Below are positions 59,570 to 64,000 of a DNA stretch of 64,000 bases, piece by piece; positions within the stretch are counted from its first letter, which is position 1, and every line of letters starts with the position of its first letter. Source of the DNA: an uncultured Candidatus Saccharibacteria bacterium (GTDB lineage Bacteria > Patescibacteriota > Minisyncoccia > Phycocordibacterales > UBA12079); contig CAYWKC010000001.1 of NCBI GenBank assembly GCA_964459145.1, positions 40,200-104,199 of the forward strand, given 5' to 3'. Made by a program: the position numbers and the translations under genes. The notes beneath the pieces are model-generated. The model did not search any database, was not told the origin of the DNA, and worked only from the letters and a program-made list of their open reading frames with translations.

Positions 59570-60418
59570 TTATTTTTTGATATTATTTTTCTTTTTATCT
59601 AATATTTTTTTCATACTATCAGTAAATTCTTTATTTTCATCCTTTTCCCTTAAAACTTTTTTAAATAAAAAAGTTAATGATTTTTTTATTGCATCAGATA
59701 ATTCTAAACACTCATCATCATTTTCAGCATGCAAACCTTGACTTAACGAAGAATGTAAAATACCTAAAGGATTCACTCCATTAGGACAAAGAGAACTTGG
59801 AATTAAATCTTTAACTAAATCAATTTTTTCTTGAGCAACTCTTGTGGTTTTTGTTTTTTCAAAAGCTTCTTTATATTTCTCTAAATCTTCTCCTTTTAAT
59901 AAATCACTCGTGAACTTAAGAAGTTCATCAATGACACCTTCTACTATTCTACGAAAATAAGCAAAAGCACCTACACCATAGCCCTGAGATTCACAAATTA
60001 ACCCATTTTTATAATATTCAGTATATTCTTCTAAATTTTTCTCTAACTCTTTATCTATATCAATACTCCATGCTGGAATTTGCCCAACCTTCTCCATATA
60101 AATAATTTCTTCTGTTTCTTCTTCATTTTCTTTTTTTATCTCCGCCAAGCCAAAATTAACAAAAAATATTCTAAAGGAATTATTACACGCCGAACATTTA
60201 TATTTTAATCTAACTATCTTATTAGGAATCTTTTCCCATTCATCATAATCAACTTCGTCATATTTATTTATCATGTTAAAAGTCTGATCTGAATCACAAT
60301 TATCACAATGCATATGTATTGCTGGTTTAGGTAATTGACTTAATTCGTCCGACTTATAAAAATCTGTAGTAAATTTTTTATACAAAGGATATTCTTCTAA
60401 AAACTTTTTATTTGCCAT
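59570..60418 (-). CDS. Hypothetical: Zn-ribbon plus DUF4145/HEPN-like helical domain
   Basis: CDNC and CSAC pairs; YGVGAFAYFRRIVE...LSQGLH. Confidence 0.55.
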   Translation of the reverse strand: MANKKFLEEYPLYKKFTTDFYKSDELSQLPKPAIHMHCDNCDSDQTFNMINKYDEVDYDEWEKIPNKIVRLKYKCSACNNSFRIFFVNFGLAEIKKENEEETEEIIYMEKVGQIPAWSIDIDKELEKNLEEYTEYYKNGLICESQGYGVGAFAYFRRIVEGVIDELLKFTSDLLKGEDLEKYKEAFEKTKTTRVAQEKIDLVKDLIPSSLCPNGVNPLGILHSSLSQGLHAENDDECLELSDAIKKSLTFLFKKVLREKDENKEFTDSMKKILDKKKNNIKK

Positions 60419-60432
60419 AATTTTATTTTTTA

Positions 60433-60675
60433 CTATCTAATTTTTCCATTTATATTATCTAATAAATATGTCATATTTTTTACTTTATCTTCTAAACTTT
60501 TTACTTCTTTGTGTAAATCATCAATTTTAGCCCAAGCTTGATAATATTCTGTAACTCCCACAACTCCACCACATGAAGAACATTGTATAAAGAAAAATTT
60601 ATATCTAGAATAATTAGGTGAATTTTCGGCTAACTCAAATCGAGTATTCCCACATTTTGTGCATTTTGAAACCAT
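60433..60675 (-). CDS. Small zinc-ribbon plus coiled-coil protein
   Basis: CTKC...CSSCG followed by heptad repeats. Confidence 0.65.
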   Translation of the reverse strand: MVSKCTKCGNTRFELAENSPNYSRYKFFFIQCSSCGGVVGVTEYYQAWAKIDDLHKEVKSLEDKVKNMTYLLDNINGKIR

Positions 60676-61146
60676 ATTTTTATTTAAATTAACTTCCTAA
60701 TAATCTCTTATTTATTAAAGAATTTTTATCACTACTGCTAGTATATCACAAAGCACCCCGAAATGCAAGCATTCTCTGAATTTTCATAACTTATCGAGGT
60801 CAAATCCATTTCCACCTCTTCGATGGGTCGCCGATGAGACAACTACCCCAAAAAACCTCACCTCACAAACCCCCTAAAACAAAATCTTCGATTTTGTTCG
60901 GGCGAACATCAAAGATGTTTTAGCCCCACCCAACTTGGTACCTTTTTCAAACGGTCGTTCAAAAAGGGTACCTATTAAAAATAGGAGTGCTTCAAGCACT
61001 CCTATTTAAAACTATCAACTTCCCCATCCATCCAACCTCCTCACAATTCAGTACTCTGACTACTAAATTTACAGTAGTCGGAGTACTGAATCTAGGTCAT
61101 TCGGCATAACTATCGGCATAAAACTATCCACAAAAACCTAGCTTTA

Positions 61147-62784
61147 TTAACCTAAATGAAGTTTGCGTTTTAGGGTTAAGGTGACTTCATCAATCTCTCT
61201 GTTTTTTAATAATTTTAAGACCAAAACTAAAACAACTAAACCAATAATTCCAGAAAAAAGACCCTGCAAAAATATTCCCCCAAAAGTAGTAATGTCAAGA
61301 ATAAAACTCCACAGGTTTAAAGAGAAATAAGCAAAAATACCCATTATAAAAGAAGCCAAGAGAGTTTGGAAAAATGACTTTTTGAGAGAAGAGGAAAAAC
61401 GATTAAAATCTTTCTGAAAAAAGAACCACAACAAACTCGCATTAACAAATGTCCCTAAAGAATAACTCATCGGTAAAACAAGCACATTGATATTTTGAAT
61501 ATCACTAATCCGAAAAATCAATCCTATAATTTCTTTAATAAATTCTACATTTATAAACAACCATTTAAAAAAGAAAGCTGAAATAATAATAACAATAGCC
61601 GAAAAAATGCTGATTAAAACTGGCTTGATTGTTTTCCCCGCAGCATAATAGCCACGAAGAAATAATAAAACTAAACTTTGTGCTGTTACCGATAAAGCAA
61701 AAGCTGCTAAACAAGCTGCCGTCAAACGAGTATCCACCCAGTCAAATTTTCCAGACCCTAAAATAGTTCTAACTATTTGGGCTCTCAAAACAATAAATAA
61801 AACCAAAACAACTGTTGTCCAAAAAACAATATGTCGAGCAGCAGTGGTAATTTGTTGGAAAAAAACATCAACTTGATTGTTTGAAAAAAGTTTAGCTAAA
61901 ACTGGGAAAGCGGCAATAGAATAACTAACTCCAATAATACTTAGAGGGACCGATTGCAAACTAAAAGAAAAAGTAAAAATAGAAACAGCTCCCTCTCCAA
62001 GTGTGGAAGCTAAACCAACCAGAAAAATCAAGGCCAAATTACTTGTGGAAAGAGCTAAAGTTCTTGGTAAGGACAAAATAATTATTTCCTTTATTTTTTT
62101 AAAATTAAAAGTATAAACAAATTTTGGTAAAGACCCTAAGCGATAAATAGAAGGTAATTGGATAATAAGATGGAAAAAAGCTCCCAAAATTACACCGAAA
62201 ACCAAACCTTTTAATCCCCAAATTGGATAAAAAAAGACAATACCAATTATTATTCCAATATTGTAAAGAAGAGGACTCAGAGCATAGATAAAGAATTTTT
62301 GATTAATTTGAATAATACTGGTAAAAAAATTAGATAAACCAAGGAGAACAGGAGATAACAAAAGAATTCTAGATAAATTAATAACTTGATTAATGGCTTC
62401 TTGAGAAAAACCAACCAAAATAAGTGGTGTGACCTTAGGAATTAAGAAAAAGGCGAAAGAACAGACAATTATAATTAGCAAAAGAAAAACTGAAAAGACT
62501 TCACTCATAAACCGTTTCCCCTGTTCCCTATTTATTTCTTCTGCTAAAAATGGAACTAAGACTGAAATGGAAACAATAGAAGCCACCATTATAAAAATGA
62601 AATCTGGAATACGAAAAGAAGCATAATAGATATCCAAAATTCCCCCCGCCCCAAATGAATGAGCCAAAAGACGATCCCTGAGCAAAGCTAATAGTTGAGA
62701 AAGTAAAGCAAAAAATGCCAAAAGATAAGCGGTCTGATGAAGACCGCTTATATTATTCAATAAATTAAAAGCCTTTTTAATCAT
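61147..62784 (-). CDS. murJ: Lipid II flippase MurJ
   Basis: LLRDRLLA.FG, YYASFRIPD, PLLYNIGII, RGYYA. Confidence 0.93.
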   Translation of the reverse strand: MIKKAFNLLNNISGLHQTAYLLAFFALLSQLLALLRDRLLAHSFGAGGILDIYYASFRIPDFIFIMVASIVSISVLVPFLAEEINREQGKRFMSEVFSVFLLLIIIVCSFAFFLIPKVTPLILVGFSQEAINQVINLSRILLLSPVLLGLSNFFTSIIQINQKFFIYALSPLLYNIGIIIGIVFFYPIWGLKGLVFGVILGAFFHLIIQLPSIYRLGSLPKFVYTFNFKKIKEIIILSLPRTLALSTSNLALIFLVGLASTLGEGAVSIFTFSFSLQSVPLSIIGVSYSIAAFPVLAKLFSNNQVDVFFQQITTAARHIVFWTTVVLVLFIVLRAQIVRTILGSGKFDWVDTRLTAACLAAFALSVTAQSLVLLFLRGYYAAGKTIKPVLISIFSAIVIIISAFFFKWLFINVEFIKEIIGLIFRISDIQNINVLVLPMSYSLGTFVNASLLWFFFQKDFNRFSSSLKKSFFQTLLASFIMGIFAYFSLNLWSFILDITTFGGIFLQGLFSGIIGLVVLVLVLKLLKNREIDEVTLTLKRKLHLG

Positions 62785-62826
62785 CTTATTTAATTTCTAC
62801 TGTATTTTATTCTTCCTGAACCCTTG

Positions 62827-64000
62827 TTATATTTCAGTCGCCGATTCAGTTATATTATTTTCAATTGATTGTCCAGTTAAACCAGAAAGCGGAGCTTTCC
62901 CATTTCTAAGATTTTCTAAAATTGAGGAAATTGAAGTATCATTTGGAAGCAAACTTTGTAGATAATCAAAAACCTTAACAGCTTCTTCTCTCTCTCCAGT
63001 TTCACTATAACTTAACCCTAAAAGATAAATAGTATCAACTGAGTAAGGATTTAGATTAAAAGACTGCTCCAAAGAAGCAATGGCTTCTTTATAATCCCTT
63101 GTATTATATTCTAAAGCCCCCAACTGTAAAAAAGCTTGTGAATCGTTGGGAGTTACTTGGGTTAAGGTCTTAAGAATGTTAACTGCTCCTTCTTGATTTC
63201 CTCCATTTAATTCTATTTGAGATAATAAGTAATAAGCATCCGAATAATTGTTTTTCATTTGAATAGAGGTGTTTAAATATCCCTTAGCTTTTTCTACATC
63301 ACCATTAGCAATTTCTAAATTAGCCAGAGACAAAGCAATTAAGGGATTATATGGGTTAAAAATGATAGCATTACTGTAAGATTTCAACGCATTATCATAA
63401 GCCCCTTCAATTTTTAAGGGAACAACCGATCTATAAACATTTCCTAAAGACAACCAATTTTGATAATTTTTTGAATCTTTACTTATAGCAGTATTCGCAT
63501 TAGTAATAGCGCTATCAAGAGCTGTTTGAAATTGTTTTGCCACTGTCTCCTCGGCAACATCTGTTTGGTTCAAAACCGCTTGTAATTGAAATATATTAAT
63601 ATTGGATAATAGCCGATAATATAAATCATAACCTGAATTTTTGGCAGCTTTTTCCATTAATTCAACAGATTTTCCTAAATCTCCTTCTGAGTTTAGAGCC
63701 AAAAAACTTTTTTGTGCTTGAAAAGAGGCATTGGTTTTATTGATAAATAAAAACATCCCAAACATAGATAACAAAAGAAACCCTGCCATAACAACGAGAA
63801 AAATAAAACCTTTTCCTCTATTTTTTAATAATGAAATAACTTCTACTTTGACTATTTTTTCTTGATAAAACAAAGATAACAACAAACCAGAAAATAAGAA
63901 ACTTAAACTTAGAACGACAATTCCTGGAACATAAATAAATGAAAATACCCATAAGTAAATAGTGGCTGAAAAAACTGACCAAGCAATATATCGGTCAAAT
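62827..64000 (-). CDS. Multi-TM protein with C-terminal TPR domain (5' part outside window)
   Basis: TPR repeats (NWLSLGNVY, AYYLLSQI, AFLQLGAL); hydrophobic coding sequence appears to run to the window edge. Confidence 0.8.
   Translation of the reverse strand, partial: FDRYIAWSVFSATIYLWVFSFIYVPGIVVLSLSFLFSGLLLSLFYQEKIVKVEVISLLKNRGKGFIFLVVMAGFLLLSMFGMFLFINKTNASFQAQKSFLALNSEGDLGKSVELMEKAAKNSGYDLYYRLLSNINIFQLQAVLNQTDVAEETVAKQFQTALDSAITNANTAISKDSKNYQNWLSLGNVYRSVVPLKIEGAYDNALKSYSNAIIFNPYNPLIALSLANLEIANGDVEKAKGYLNTSIQMKNNYSDAYYLLSQIELNGGNQEGAVNILKTLTQVTPNDSQAFLQLGALEYNTRDYKEAIASLEQSFNLNPYSVDTIYLLGLSYSETGEREEAVKVFDYLQSLLPNDTSISSILENLRNGKAPLSGLTGQSIENNITESATEI

Noticed and set aside
60691-60720. 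dif-like sequence acttcctaata...ttatttattaa
   Set aside because: XerD arm and spacing match poorly in AT-rich DNA.
1-64000. Alternative genetic code (UGA recoding)
   Set aside because: Core genes are full length under code 11 and cysS ends at TGA.

Overview
AT-rich bacterial chromosome segment that looks like Patescibacteria (CPR, Parcubacteria-type): streamlined core genes (short IF2 and DnaX, NusB-Nudix fusion) whose leaders mostly lack Shine-Dalgarno sites. It carries cell-wall and division genes (murF, ftsQ, ftsW, murG, murJ), four tRNA synthetases (serS, gltX, cysS, argS), replication and repair genes (dnaB, recR, dnaX, dnaE, dprA, a Pif1-like helicase), ribosomal proteins, clpB, rnc, an enlarged RNase P RNA, seven tRNAs, and a Type III restriction-modification island beside tRNA-Glu. 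The most unusual content is non-coding. (1) Four tRNAs (Tyr, Cys, Trp, Gln) are each followed by a ~190-205 bp module: an inverted copy of that tRNA's own 3' end, a two-hairpin core, then a direct copy of the 3' end starting at the T-loop. tRNA-Glu has a mirror version on its 5' side. (2) An unassigned ~370-nt GC-rich multi-helix RNA with its own sigma70 promoter and terminator lies at 23.1-23.4 kb. (3) Short palindromic repeats sit in frame inside cysS and argS, and probably dus and serS. (4) A poly-G frameshift truncates a Cas4-like nuclease in the R-M island. All calls are by eye from the sequence and the ORF track; no database searches were run.
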